Notes: generated by a model not told the origin, from the letters alone. 64,000 nucleotides of DNA from Clostridia bacterium (GCA_036654655.1 JAVVRP010000001.1:74426-138425); one strand, 5' to 3'. Numbered from the stretch's first letter, positions 1 to 9,856 are shown. Translations and numbers: made by a program.

Positions 1-506
1 AAATAAACGGCATTTGGCAACTAGTTAGAGAATATATAAGTTCCACATTACAAGAATTTCAGGACAAAAACATTAAAATCAGAACAATGGGAGATCTTAC
101 AAAATTACCCAAAGACGTTATGGAACAAATTGAAGATGTAAAAGAAAAAACAAAAAACAACAATGCATTAATTGTAAATTTGGCAATAAATTATGGCGGA
201 AGAGCGGATATTATTATGGCAGTTAACAAGTTGCGTGGCAGTGAAAATGAAATAACAGAAACGCAATTTTTAAATAATTTGCAAAGTGCAGGATTGCCAA
301 GTTTAGATTTAGTTATAAGAACAAGCGGAGAAATGAGAATTTCAGGGTTTATGTTATTTGAATGTGCCTATGCTGAATTATTGTTTCCAAAAGTTTTGTG
401 GCCAAACTTTTCAAAAAAACATTTATTAAAGGCAATAAAACAGTTTAATTTTAGGGAACGTAGGTTTGGAGGAATAATAATTAAAACAAAGGAGGAAAAA
501 AAATAA
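1..506 (+). CDS. uppS: Undecaprenyl-diphosphate synthase, C-terminal part (5' end lies outside the window)
   Basis: The frame is open from nt 3. Carries cis-prenyltransferase motifs NYGGRADI, DLVIRTSGEMRISGFMLFE and RERRFGG. Sits directly upstream of cdsA, as in Bacillus/Clostridium. Confidence 0.9.
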   Translation, partial: INGIWQLVREYISSTLQEFQDKNIKIRTMGDLTKLPKDVMEQIEDVKEKTKNNNALIVNLAINYGGRADIIMAVNKLRGSENEITETQFLNNLQSAGLPSLDLVIRTSGEMRISGFMLFECAYAELLFPKVLWPNFSKKHLLKAIKQFNFRERRFGGIIIKTKEEKK

Positions 507-1453
507 TGAAACAACGAATTTTAACAGGATTAGGGATATTTTCGATTTTAATTTTGTTTTTGTATTCCAGACAACTATCCCCATATATTTTTGATGTTTT
601 TAGTCTTGCGATTGGAGTGGCTGGCGTTTTTGAATTTTCAAAACTTTTGTCAAAATCAGGCAATTTTAACAATCCATATTTTGCAATTTTGCAAATGGCA
701 TGCGCGTATGTTGCAATGATTTACTCCATTATTAAAAAACTTGATTTAATTTATTTTTTAATTTTGCAAATTATTGTAATTTTGTTTTTCTTTTTATTAT
801 CTGTAAGTATAACTTTGTTAATGAAAAAAGATTGTGAAAATGAAATTAAAGTGAGAAAATATCAGGGAAGTTCTTGGAAATTTTCATTGATAAAGTCAAA
901 AAATAATATGTTAATGTCACTGTATCCAACATTTTCAATAATGATGCTTGTGTTTTTAAATCATCTTGGAGAACTTTATCAAATAATGCCATCAATAAAA
1001 AAGTTTGAATTTGTGGGATTGTTTGCACTTGTACTTGTATTTGGAATCCCAATTTTTGTGGATACTTTTGCAATGTTAACTGGTTCAATTTTTGGAGGTA
1101 AAAAACTTTGCCCTGCCCTAAGCCCAAAAAAAACAATTTCTGGTGCAATTGGTGGAGTGGTTTGGGGTGTTGCTGGAACGGTTTTAATTTATTATATTTT
1201 TTCATGTTTTTCTGTTTTTGATGTTGCTTTTGCAAGTTTTAATTTGCAAGTTTGGCACATGGTCATTTTAGGCATTGTTTCAAGCGTTGCGTGTCAAGCA
1301 GGTGATTTGTTTGAAAGTTATTTAAAGCGTAGGGCAAATGTTAAGGATAGTGGCAATTTGTTGCCAGGTCACGGCGGTTGTTTGGACAGAGTGGATAGCC
1401 ACTTGTTTAACATCCCGGTAGTTCTTGTATTTATGTTAATTTGTTTAATTTAA
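506..1453 (+). CDS. cdsA: Phosphatidate cytidylyltransferase
   Basis: Polytopic membrane protein with the C-terminal signature GDLFESYLKRRANVKDSGNLLPGHGGCLDRVDS. Its start overlaps the uppS stop (TAATG). Confidence 0.92.
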   Translation: MKQRILTGLGIFSILILFLYSRQLSPYIFDVFSLAIGVAGVFEFSKLLSKSGNFNNPYFAILQMACAYVAMIYSIIKKLDLIYFLILQIIVILFFFLLSVSITLLMKKDCENEIKVRKYQGSSWKFSLIKSKNNMLMSLYPTFSIMMLVFLNHLGELYQIMPSIKKFEFVGLFALVLVFGIPIFVDTFAMLTGSIFGGKKLCPALSPKKTISGAIGGVVWGVAGTVLIYYIFSCFSVFDVAFASFNLQVWHMVILGIVSSVACQAGDLFESYLKRRANVKDSGNLLPGHGGCLDRVDSHLFNIPVVLVFMLICLI

Positions 1454-1462
1454 GGAGAAATC

Positions 1463-2629
1463 ATGCAAGTTTTAAGCACAATTTTATATGTAATTTTGGC
1501 AGTTTTTATATTGTTGTTAATGATTTTAATTCACGAGTTGGGACATTATGTTGCAGGAAGAATTTTACACTTTAAAATTGATGAGTTTTCAATCGGTTTT
1601 GGTAAGGCACTTTTTACAAAGGTGAACAAGAGGGGTGAAAAAATCTCTTTAAGGTTATTTCCTGTTGGAGGATATTGTGCCTTTTCGGGTGACGAAGATG
1701 AGGAGGATAACCCCAAAAATGTTACACAAAAAACTGATTCTGATGTTGAAGTTTTAAATGAAGCGCAAGCCAAAAAAAAGGAAAGAGCGCATGTAAATCC
1801 TAACAAAGGTTTGCTTTTTAATCAACAAAAACCTTGGAAACGAATTATCGTTTTTTTGGCAGGAGTTACTTTTAATTTTATTTCTGCAATAGTATTTTCT
1901 TTTATTTTATTAATATCATTTGGATATGACGTTCCCGAAGTTGTAAACGTTGACACAAGATATCAATATGCAGTTGTGCAAGGGGAAACTTTACAAGCCG
2001 GAGATGTTATAACAGAAGTTGAAGGCATTAAAATAGATTTTATTAAAGGCAATACATGGCCCAAATTGTTGGGAAAGTATGATATTAATCAACCTATTTT
2101 AATTACTTTAACAAGAAATGGCGTGGAAACTAAAATGCAAATTAAATTAAGCCAAAAGTTAGACAATAAAGGCGTGCCAGAAGTAAACGAAAACAACGCT
2201 CCAATAAAAACTCTTGGAGTGGAAGTTAAAGCGCATCCACTTCCATTTTTTGAGGCTTTGGGCCATTGTTTTTATTTCACAATTGGCCTTGCGTGGATTG
2301 TTTTAAGCACATTATGGCAATTAATAACTTTTCAAATTCCATTAAATCAAATTGGAGGCACAATTGCAACAATAAGCGTAATTGCACACATGGCTCAGCA
2401 GGGCATTGCTAATATATTTATATTAATGCCTCTTATTGCAGCCAATCTTGCAGTGTTTAATCTTTTGCCTTTTCCGGCGCTGGATGGAAGTCACGTTGTT
2501 TTTACCCTTATAGAATGGATTCGGAAAAAGCCAATTAATCGCAAGGTTGAAAATATGATTCACACAATAGGGTTAATTGCATTATTTACTTTTGTGGTTG
2601 TTGTGGATATTATTTACTTTTTAAAATAA
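1463..2629 (+). CDS. rseP: RIP zinc metalloprotease RseP/RasP (M50, site-2 protease)
   Basis: HELGH in the first TM segment, a central PDZ-like region and the C-terminal NLLPFPALDG motif. AAGGAG Shine-Dalgarno sequence upstream. Confidence 0.9.
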   Translation: MQVLSTILYVILAVFILLLMILIHELGHYVAGRILHFKIDEFSIGFGKALFTKVNKRGEKISLRLFPVGGYCAFSGDEDEEDNPKNVTQKTDSDVEVLNEAQAKKKERAHVNPNKGLLFNQQKPWKRIIVFLAGVTFNFISAIVFSFILLISFGYDVPEVVNVDTRYQYAVVQGETLQAGDVITEVEGIKIDFIKGNTWPKLLGKYDINQPILITLTRNGVETKMQIKLSQKLDNKGVPEVNENNAPIKTLGVEVKAHPLPFFEALGHCFYFTIGLAWIVLSTLWQLITFQIPLNQIGGTIATISVIAHMAQQGIANIFILMPLIAANLAVFNLLPFPALDGSHVVFTLIEWIRKKPINRKVENMIHTIGLIALFTFVVVVDIIYFLK

Positions 2630-2643
2630 AATTTTAAACTAAT

Positions 2644-2672
2644 AAATAAGCGCTATAAGTGCTTATTTTTAT
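2644..2672 (+). terminator. Probable intrinsic terminator after rseP
   Basis: Stem aaataagc/gcttattt with a 9-nt loop, followed by a T-run. Confidence 0.45.
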
Positions 2673-2717
2673 TAAAACAAACTTTTCTTTTTAATTTTTT
2701 TGTGATATTATAAATCT

Positions 2718-4259
2718 ATGGAAAAAATTACACAAGAAATATCAAAAACATTTAATGGAGAGTACGATTTTTTAAAATTGTTTCAAGTCACTTTTGATAA
2801 ACAAACACAAACGTGCACCATTGTTTTTTTGTATCCCGAAAATCAAGTGCGGTTGTCAAACGAACAAAAAATAAAAATTCGCAATTGTTTAAAAAATTTT
2901 TTTAATATAGATGCCAAACTAGAAGTTAAATTTAGGAAAAGTTATTTGGAAAAACAGATATTATACAAATTATTTTATCATTTTTTAAGCGTTAATTATT
3001 TGTCTTTAACCACAGATTTTAAACAAGAAAATTTTATTTCTAGCCATGATAATGGGAATGTTGAAATTCTTATAAAATTTGGGGAATCGGCATATCAATA
3101 TTTTGTGCAACAAAAATTAAGTAAACAATTTGAACAGTTTTTCCAGCAAAATTTTTGCGGAAAAATTAGTTTTAGTGTAGTTAAAATTGCAGATGTTAAT
3201 CATGAAGATATTTTGGAACAACGTTTGGAAGTTGCAAAAGAAATAAGAACAGGCGAAAAAATTTCTCGATATGAAGTTCATCCAATAAAAAAATTATTTG
3301 GCGCCGACATCACGCCCTTTCCAGAATTTATAAAAAATATTAATCAGCCAAAATCATCTGTTTTGTTGGCAGGCAAGGTTGGTAATTTAAAAATAGGAAA
3401 GTTTAAAAAAAAGTCAGGTGGAAAAAATGCGGGGCAAGAAAGAGAATATTATTCATTTTCAATAAATGATGGAACGGGAATAATTTACGCCATGCATTTT
3501 TGCACTTTAAGTAGCCAAAAGCAAATGGTTCATTTTTCCACCGATGCGCATGTTTTGCTTAAAGGGGATATAAGAAGGTCCAACAACGAAAAACTTGTTA
3601 TATATGTAAATTCAATTACTCTTTGTTTTGAACAAAAAAAGCAAGAACAACTGCTAGCAAAAGAAAGTTTGGAAAAACGAGGAATAGTTTTCCCTCAACC
3701 TTATAATTCCATTTCACAAGTTGAAATTTTTGAGAAACAAAAAATTTATAATGACTTTATTAATCAAAATACAATTGTTGTTTTTGACACAGAAACAACA
3801 GGAATAGAACTTGAAATTAGTGAATTAATTGAAATTGGTGCAGTTAAAATTAAAAATGGTAAAATTATTCAAACTTTTCAAACATTAATCAAGCCAGAAT
3901 CTCCAATTAGTGACTTTATTACATCAATTAACAATATTTCAAATGAAATGGTTCAAAATTCGCCTTGTGCAAATGATGTTATTTTTGATTTTATGGATTT
4001 TTGTGCAGATTCTGTTTTAGTGGCATATAATGCCGATTTTGACATGAAGTTCATTCAAAGAGTTGCAAAAAATAACGGAACAATTTTTAATAACACAGTT
4101 GTTGACTGCTTAATTTTAGCCCGTGAAAAACTCCACCTTAATTCTTATAAACTTGGCAAGGTTGTAAAGCATTTGAATATATCATTAGTTGATGCTCATA
4201 GGGCACTTGCGGACGCCATTGCAACTGCAAATGTGCTTTTAAAACTAAGTGAAGTCTGA
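2718..4259 (+). CDS. PolC-like protein: N-terminal domain, OB-like segment and DEDDh 3'-5' exonuclease, with no PHP or polymerase core
   Basis: The C-terminal ~170 aa carry Exo I VVFDTETTG, Exo II LVAYNADFDMKF and Exo III-epsilon HRALADAIATA. The segment VLLAGKVGNLKIGKF...YSFSINDGTGIIYAMHF...HVLLKGDI...LVIYVNSI resembles the PolC OB insertion. The ORF occupies the polC slot between rseP and rimP. There is no obvious SD, and a TGnTATTAT -10 ends 7 nt before the ATG, so the mRNA may be leaderless. Confidence 0.6.
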   Translation: MEKITQEISKTFNGEYDFLKLFQVTFDKQTQTCTIVFLYPENQVRLSNEQKIKIRNCLKNFFNIDAKLEVKFRKSYLEKQILYKLFYHFLSVNYLSLTTDFKQENFISSHDNGNVEILIKFGESAYQYFVQQKLSKQFEQFFQQNFCGKISFSVVKIADVNHEDILEQRLEVAKEIRTGEKISRYEVHPIKKLFGADITPFPEFIKNINQPKSSVLLAGKVGNLKIGKFKKKSGGKNAGQEREYYSFSINDGTGIIYAMHFCTLSSQKQMVHFSTDAHVLLKGDIRRSNNEKLVIYVNSITLCFEQKKQEQLLAKESLEKRGIVFPQPYNSISQVEIFEKQKIYNDFINQNTIVVFDTETTGIELEISELIEIGAVKIKNGKIIQTFQTLIKPESPISDFITSINNISNEMVQNSPCANDVIFDFMDFCADSVLVAYNADFDMKFIQRVAKNNGTIFNNTVVDCLILAREKLHLNSYKLGKVVKHLNISLVDAHRALADAIATANVLLKLSEV

Positions 4260-4303
4260 TAGAACATAAACTGTTAAAATTATAATAAATATTATTAAAA
4301 CAC

Positions 4304-4373
4304 TTGTATTATATGTGACAATGTGATATATTAATTAAGACAAGAAGTAACGGGGTGGGCAAATTTGCCCACC
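4304..4373 (+). promoter_or_regulatory. Putative sigma-A promoter plus GC-rich leader hairpin of the rimP-nusA-infB operon
   Basis: TTGTAT (4304-4309), 17-nt spacer, TGaTATATT (-10 at 4327-4332). This is followed by the hairpin ggtgggca-aatt-tgcccacc (4354-4373), 20 nt upstream of the rimP SD. Confidence 0.4.
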
Positions 4374-4394
4374 TGTTATTATTAAAGGAGGGTT

Positions 4395-4871
4395 ATGCAA
4401 GGCAATATTGCAAGTAAGGTAAAGTTAAAGGTTGAACCCATTATAATAAGTTTAGGATATATGTTGCTAGAAGTTGAATACCTAAAAAAACTTGATGGAA
4501 ATCATTTGGATATAACAATTTTTAAAGAAGGCGGAGTTTCCATTAATGATTGCGAACTTGTCCATAAGGCAATAGACAAAGTTATTGATGAACTTAACCC
4601 AACAAACGATGTCCAATATTATTTAAGTGTTTGCTCTCCTGGAATTGACCGACAAATAAAAACAGAATGGGATTTTGTTCAAAACAAAAATAAAGATGTT
4701 GTTGTTAAACTTTTTGCAAAAGAAAGCAACAAAAAAGTTTATGAAGGAAAACTTATTGAATATAACAATAATATTGTGGAAATTCTAACTGAAACTGGAA
4801 ATCTTAAATTTGATAAAACAAAAGTTGCAAGCATAACACCAAAATTTAAAATAAAAGGGAATGAACAATGA
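4395..4871 (+). CDS. rimP: Ribosome maturation factor RimP
   Basis: 158 aa. Typical RimP N-terminal region (EPIIISLGYMLLEVEY) and Sm-like C-terminal region. GGAGGG SD. Sits upstream of nusA. Confidence 0.88.
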   Translation: MQGNIASKVKLKVEPIIISLGYMLLEVEYLKKLDGNHLDITIFKEGGVSINDCELVHKAIDKVIDELNPTNDVQYYLSVCSPGIDRQIKTEWDFVQNKNKDVVVKLFAKESNKKVYEGKLIEYNNNIVEILTETGNLKFDKTKVASITPKFKIKGNEQ

Positions 4872-6013
4872 TAAACAAAGATTTTTTTCAAGCATTAGAT
4901 GAACTTGAACAGCAAAAAAAGATTAACAAAGAACAATTTATTGAAACGCTAGAAACAGCCTTGACTTCTGGCTACAAAAAGATGTATGGAGAGGCAAAGC
5001 ACGCACTTGTTAAGTTGTATCCCGAAAAAAACACAATTAAAATTTATTCATACAAAGAAGTTGTTGAAGAAGTTGAGGATGCCGACAAACAAATTTCACT
5101 TGAAGAAGCAAAGGAAATTAAAAAGTCATACAATATTGGAGATCATGTTGTAACCGAAGAAACAACCAAAGATTTTGGAAGAATTGCCGCGCAAACTGCC
5201 AAGCAAGTTGTTTTTCAAAAATTAAAAGAAATAGAAAAGGACATGGCAATGAGTGAACTTTCTGAAAAGGAAGACGAACTTTTAACCACAGTAATTAAAA
5301 GAATTGAAAATGGAACAATTTATGTTCAAATTGCCGATTCTCACAGTGAAGGCGTTATGCTTCCAAATGACCAAATTCCGGGCGAGCATTTTCGTACAGG
5401 AGAAAGAATTAAAGTTTATGTTAAAAAGATAAAAGATTCTTTTCGTGGTCCACAAATTCAAGTTTCCAGAAGTAACATTGGTTTTGTTAGACGTTTGTTC
5501 GAGTTGGAAATTCCAGAAGTAGAAAGCGGTGACGTTATCATTAAAAATATTTCACGTGATGCAGGTAGCAGAAGTAAAGTTGCAGTTTATTCTGAAAAGC
5601 CAAATCTTGACCCAATAGGTGCTTGTTTGGGCAATCGGGGTGTTAGAATAAACACAATTATGAGCGAACTAAGCGGAGAAAAAATAGATTTAATTTTATA
5701 TTCCGAAGATCCGCTAGAATTTATTGCAAGAGCGCTTTCCCCCGCAAAAGTTGTTTCCGTTGAAACAAATGACGCACTTAAAGCAAGCAGAGTTATTGTT
5801 CCTGATGATAAACTTTCGTTAGCAATAGGAAAACTTGGGCAAAATGTTAAACTTGCAGCACGTTTAACCGGTTGGAAAATAGATGTAAAAAGTGAGAGCC
5901 AAGTAAGAATTAAAGAAGAAGACGTGCAAGCAGAACCTGCCGAAGTTGATTATGAAATCACAAATGTTACCGATGAAGATACATTTGCAGATTTTGAAGA
6001 TATCAAAGAATGA
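4868..6013 (+). CDS. nusA: Transcription termination/antitermination factor NusA
   Basis: NusA N-terminal domain, S1 domain and two KH domains (GRIAAQTAKQVV, IGACLGNRGVRI, LAIGKLGQNVKLAARLTGWKIDV). ATGA overlap with rimP. Confidence 0.95.
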   Translation: MINKDFFQALDELEQQKKINKEQFIETLETALTSGYKKMYGEAKHALVKLYPEKNTIKIYSYKEVVEEVEDADKQISLEEAKEIKKSYNIGDHVVTEETTKDFGRIAAQTAKQVVFQKLKEIEKDMAMSELSEKEDELLTTVIKRIENGTIYVQIADSHSEGVMLPNDQIPGEHFRTGERIKVYVKKIKDSFRGPQIQVSRSNIGFVRRLFELEIPEVESGDVIIKNISRDAGSRSKVAVYSEKPNLDPIGACLGNRGVRINTIMSELSGEKIDLILYSEDPLEFIARALSPAKVVSVETNDALKASRVIVPDDKLSLAIGKLGQNVKLAARLTGWKIDVKSESQVRIKEEDVQAEPAEVDYEITNVTDEDTFADFEDIKE

Positions 6014-6028
6014 TAAATAAAGGAAAGA

Positions 6029-6283
6029 ATGGAAAAAGAAAAAAGAATGTGTGTTGTTTGTAAAACAATGAAGCAAAAAACGGAACTTGTTAGGCTGTGT
6101 AAAAAAGATTCAGAAATTGTTGTTCAGCCTAAAACTGATAAGTATGGCAAGGGCGTCTATTTTTGTAAAACTGAGCAATGCTTTTTAAATTTAGAAAAAT
6201 CAAAAGCACTGAACAGAGCGTTTAAATGCGCAATATCACCAGAACAAATTAAAAAGTTGGGGGAGCAAATTGACAAAACTTGA
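6029..6283 (+). CDS. ylxR: YlxR/RnpM-family RNA-binding protein (DUF448)
   Basis: RMCVVCK...GRGVY-type motif (KGVYFCK). Canonical position after nusA. Confidence 0.85.
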   Translation: MEKEKRMCVVCKTMKQKTELVRLCKKDSEIVVQPKTDKYGKGVYFCKTEQCFLNLEKSKALNRAFKCAISPEQIKKLGEQIDKT

Positions 6284-6587
6284 AGCCATAAAAGGCTATG
6301 TTGGGTTGGCAACAAAGGCCAGACAAGCAGTGTATGGGCTTGACAACTTAAACAAGCAAAAGTGCAAATTTTATTTGCTTTTCCGTAGCAATGACTCCGG
6401 AAGAAATTTAATAAAACAAACAAACTTGTATGTTGAGCGGACAAAGTGCGAAATGATTGAAATTGAAGATTACGAGATGATTGCAATAACAAATATGCCA
6501 AACTGTAAAGTGTTTGGAATAAAAGATAAAAAAATGGCAGAAGTTATTAAAAATACGTGGGGTGAACATGACACAAAATCAAACTGA
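6270..6587 (+). CDS. ylxQ: L7Ae/L30e-family RNA-binding protein YlxQ
   Basis: About 100 aa. LATKARQAVYG motif. TTG start after GGGGGAG. Lies between ylxR and infB. Confidence 0.75.
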   Translation: MTKLEAIKGYVGLATKARQAVYGLDNLNKQKCKFYLLFRSNDSGRNLIKQTNLYVERTKCEMIEIEDYEMIAITNMPNCKVFGIKDKKMAEVIKNTWGEHDTKSN

Positions 6588-9330
6588 AAAAACAGGATTT
6601 GCTTCATTGAAACAAATTCATAAAATACAAACCAGCGGGGAGTTGCAAGAACTCCTCAGAGATATTCGTGCTTGTAAATCCGAGGTTGAAGAAATTCAGT
6701 CAAAAGTATATAATGCAAAACGTAATATAGAAAGAGAAAAACAAGTGGAAGCAAAAGAACCATATGAAGTTGTTTCAGAAAACATTTTTCATACTGATGA
6801 ACCCGCTGTTGCAGAAAAACAAAAAACGCCTGTTATTGTGTCTCCAAATGTTAACCCAATAATTAATAATTTAAACACAACGGAAAAATTACCTTTAAAT
6901 GAAAGCAAGGATGTTTTATCCAATCTTACAAAACCAGTTGAAAAGGAAGTAAAGGCCGAAACACAACAAAATGATGTAAAAATAAAACAACCATACAATA
7001 ATACTTTAAATCAAAGAACATTTAATAATCGTCCGCCGTATGACCCAAACAGGCCACGAACATTTGATAATCGTCCGCCATACGACCCAAACAGGCCACG
7101 AACATTTGATAATCGTCCGCCATACGACCCAAATAGGCCACGAACATTTGATAATCGTCCGCCATACGACCCAAACAGGCCAAGACCATTTGATAATCGT
7201 CCGCCGTATGACCCAAATAGGCCACGAACATTTGATAATCGTCCACCATATGACCCAAACAGGCCACGAACATTTGATAATCGTCCTCAGTTTGGATCTC
7301 AGGGTGCAACAGGCAATAATTTTGCAACAAGCAGAGGTAATTCATTTCGCAAATTTGCTCCAACTGAAAGCATCTCTGTGCTTGCCCAGCCAGAACGTTC
7401 CTATGGAAACAAAAACAAAACAAGCACACGTTCACTTGATGAAAAAAAACAACCAAGTAAAAGAGCAATTGCTAGATTAAATTATTCTAATGGTGATTTT
7501 GAAGATGATGGCAGAACAAATCGTAGAAGATTTGCAAGACCAAGAAAAAAGGAAGAAGAAGTTTTTGTTTCAACACCTATAACAAATGCAATTATGAGCA
7601 ATGAAAACATTTCTGTAAAAGAATTAAGTGAAAAAGTAAGTAGACCAGCGGCACATATTCTTAAACAACTTATGATTTTAGGGATTGTTTCAAACATAAA
7701 CAGTGTAATAGATTTTGAAACTGCTGAACTTGTATGTAGCGAACTTGGTGTTACTCTTGAAAAAAAGTTTGAGCAAACTTTTGAGGAAAAACTTATTGAA
7801 GAGTCAAAAACTCCAACCGATGAAAATCAAAAATATCGTGCTCCTGTTGTTACAGTTATGGGACACGTGGACCACGGCAAAACTTCAATTCTGGATTATA
7901 TAAGAAAATCTAGTGTTGCAAGCGGAGAAGCAGGCGGAATAACGCAAAAAATTGGTGCATATCAAATTGAAACAAAGGGTGGCAAAATAACTTTTATTGA
8001 CACCCCAGGGCATGCCGCTTTCACTGCAATGCGTGCAAGAGGTGCAAAAATTACAGATATTGCAATTCTTGTTGTTGCTGCCGATGATGGCATTATGCCT
8101 CAAACCATAGATGCAATAAATCATATTAAATCTGCTGGTGTTCCTATGATTGTTGCAGTTAACAAAATGGACAAAAAAGACGCAAATTTAAACAGAATAA
8201 AAGAGCAACTTGCAGCCAATGGCGTGATGCCGGAAGAATGGGGCGGAGATGCAATATTAGTTCCTGTTTCTGCCCTTACTGGTATGAATATGGACAAACT
8301 TGTTGAAACAATATTGCTTGTTGCAGATGTTCAAAATTTTACTGCAAATCCAGACAGTATGGCAGTTGGAACGGTTATTGAGGCCGAGTTGGATAAAAAT
8401 CGTGGCCCTGTTGCATCAGTTTTAATTCAATCTGGAACGCTTAGAGTTGGCGATAACATTGTGTCAGGAATAACTTATGGTAAAATTAAAGCAATGTTTG
8501 ATGAAAATGGCAAAAGTGTTAAAGAGGCAGGCCCATCTACCCCAGTTGCAGTTTTAGGTCTTGGCGAAGTTCCATTTTCTGGTGATATTGTTTATGCAGT
8601 TGCCGAAAAACTTTCCAAACAGGTTATAGAAGAGCGTGTTTCAAAAATTAAGCAAGAACGTTCCAAGACCACTTCTGGTGTTACAGCCGATGAGTTTATG
8701 AACAAGGTTAATGAAGGTAAACTTAAAGCGCTTAACATTATGATAAAGGCAGACGTTCAAGGCTCTGTTGAGGCTCTTAGGGAAACACTTGTTGCAATTG
8801 AAAACAAAGAGGTCAAAGTCGTTTGTGTGCACAGTGGAGTTGGGCAGGTTTCTGAATCAGACTTACTTTTGGCGCAAGCATCAAATGCATTTGTTATAAG
8901 TTTTAATCAAAAAATTACAGCAAAAATTAAAAATATTGCAGAACAATTTAAAGTTAAAATTCAAGAATACAAAGTTATATATGATGTTGTTGATAAAATA
9001 ACAGAAATTATTAAAAGCATGATGACAATTAAATATGAAGAAGTTGTTGTTGGGCATGCAGAAATCAGAATGTTGTTTAAACTTTCTTCGGCTGGTTTAG
9101 TTGCAGGAAGTTATGTAACAGACGGAAAAATGATAAGAAAGGGAAATGCAAGAATTATGCGTGATGGCAAAGAAATTTGCTTAACAACAATAGAAGCATT
9201 AAAAATTATAAAAGATGACAAATCCGAAGTTGCGGCAGGTTTTGAGTGTGGAATAAAACTTTCAAACACTGCGGATGTTAAGGAAGGGGATATTATAGAA
9301 TGTTTCCAAAAAATTGAAGTTAAAAGATAA
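6562..9330 (+). CDS. infB: Translation initiation factor IF-2
   Basis: G domain with [14 protein letters not shown] and NKMD, plus C-terminal IF2 domains. The N-terminal region is repetitive and Pro-rich. The start is uncertain: GTG at 6562 or ATG at 6568. Confidence 0.95.
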   Translation: MNMTQNQTEKTGFASLKQIHKIQTSGELQELLRDIRACKSEVEEIQSKVYNAKRNIEREKQVEAKEPYEVVSENIFHTDEPAVAEKQKTPVIVSPNVNPIINNLNTTEKLPLNESKDVLSNLTKPVEKEVKAETQQNDVKIKQPYNNTLNQRTFNNRPPYDPNRPRTFDNRPPYDPNRPRTFDNRPPYDPNRPRTFDNRPPYDPNRPRPFDNRPPYDPNRPRTFDNRPPYDPNRPRTFDNRPQFGSQGATGNNFATSRGNSFRKFAPTESISVLAQPERSYGNKNKTSTRSLDEKKQPSKRAIARLNYSNGDFEDDGRTNRRRFARPRKKEEEVFVSTPITNAIMSNENISVKELSEKVSRPAAHILKQLMILGIVSNINSVIDFETAELVCSELGVTLEKKFEQTFEEKLIEESKTPTDENQKYRAPVVTVMGHVDHGKTSILDYIRKSSVASGEAGGITQKIGAYQIETKGGKITFIDTPGHAAFTAMRARGAKITDIAILVVAADDGIMPQTIDAINHIKSAGVPMIVAVNKMDKKDANLNRIKEQLAANGVMPEEWGGDAILVPVSALTGMNMDKLVETILLVADVQNFTANPDSMAVGTVIEAELDKNRGPVASVLIQSGTLRVGDNIVSGITYGKIKAMFDENGKSVKEAGPSTPVAVLGLGEVPFSGDIVYAVAEKLSKQVIEERVSKIKQERSKTTSGVTADEFMNKVNEGKLKALNIMIKADVQGSVEALRETLVAIENKEVKVVCVHSGVGQVSESDLLLAQASNAFVISFNQKITAKIKNIAEQFKVKIQEYKVIYDVVDKITEIIKSMMTIKYEEVVVGHAEIRMLFKLSSAGLVAGSYVTDGKMIRKGNARIMRDGKEICLTTIEALKIIKDDKSEVAAGFECGIKLSNTADVKEGDIIECFQKIEVKR
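7015..7290 (+). repeat. In-frame 42-bp tandem repeat (about 6.5 copies) inside infB, encoding [14 protein letters not shown]
   Basis: Direct reading shows cgaacatttgataatcgtccgcc(a/g)ta(c/t)gacccaaa(c/t)aggcca repeated head-to-tail, with only a few substitutions. Confidence 0.95.
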
Positions 9331-9349
9331 AGTTATGTTTTGTTTTAAC

Positions 9350-9379
9350 AAAGATGGGCTAAAACAGTTCATCTTTTTT
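9350..9379 (+). terminator. Weak candidate terminator after infB
   Basis: aagatg...catctt stem with a 13-nt loop, followed by TTTTT. Confidence 0.3.
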
Positions 9380-9395
9380 AATTATTAAATAATGT

Positions 9396-9424
9396 TTGAA
9401 TTTTAGCGTATGTTGTTGTATAAT
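9396..9424 (+). promoter_or_regulatory. Sigma-A-type promoter for rbfA-nrnA-truB
   Basis: TTGAAT (9396-9401), 17-nt spacer, TATAAT (9419-9424), about 45 nt upstream of rbfA. Confidence 0.5.
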
Positions 9425-9469
9425 CTTACAAAGCAAACAAATAAGAATTTAAAATAAAAAGAGGGAATT

Positions 9470-9856
9470 ATGTCGCAAAAAAGAATGGAACGAGCAAATT
9501 CAAAAATCGCAAACACAATTTTTGAAATTTTAAGAGATATAAGGGATCCCAGAATTTCCGAAAGTTTTATAACAGTGTGCAGTGTTAAAGCAAGCCCAGA
9601 TTTTAGGCATGCAATCGTTTTTGTGAGCATAATGGAAAATGGGGAAGAAATTGTATCTTTACTTCAAAAAAGTGCAGGATTTATTAAAAAAGAATTGGTG
9701 CAAAGGCTAGATATGCCTCACGTTCCAGACTTAAAATTTATTTTAGACAAGGGCACAGTTCACAGCGAAAAAATAAATCAAATTTTAGAAACATTGGTTA
9801 TTCCAAAATTACAAGAAGATATCACAAAAGAGATGAATAAAAATGAAACTGAATGA
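9470..9856 (+). CDS. rbfA: Ribosome-binding factor A
   Basis: RbfA-like N-terminal region (RMERANSKIANTIFEILRD-IRDPR...). GAGGGA SD. Lies downstream of infB. Confidence 0.9.
   Translation: MSQKRMERANSKIANTIFEILRDIRDPRISESFITVCSVKASPDFRHAIVFVSIMENGEEIVSLLQKSAGFIKKELVQRLDMPHVPDLKFILDKGTVHSEKINQILETLVIPKLQEDITKEMNKNETE

Noticed and set aside
7015-7290. Possible CRISPR array, given regularly spaced repeats
   Set aside because: The units are contiguous with no unique spacers. They are in frame inside infB, and no cas genes are present.
7022-7480. Two long track ORFs (146-148 aa, both strands) with repetitive H/Q/D-rich or DDYQMF-type sequences
   Set aside because: They lie entirely within the 42-bp tandem repeat of infB. 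The repeat periodicity is what keeps the alternative frames open. The infB frame is continuous with the IF2 G-domain.
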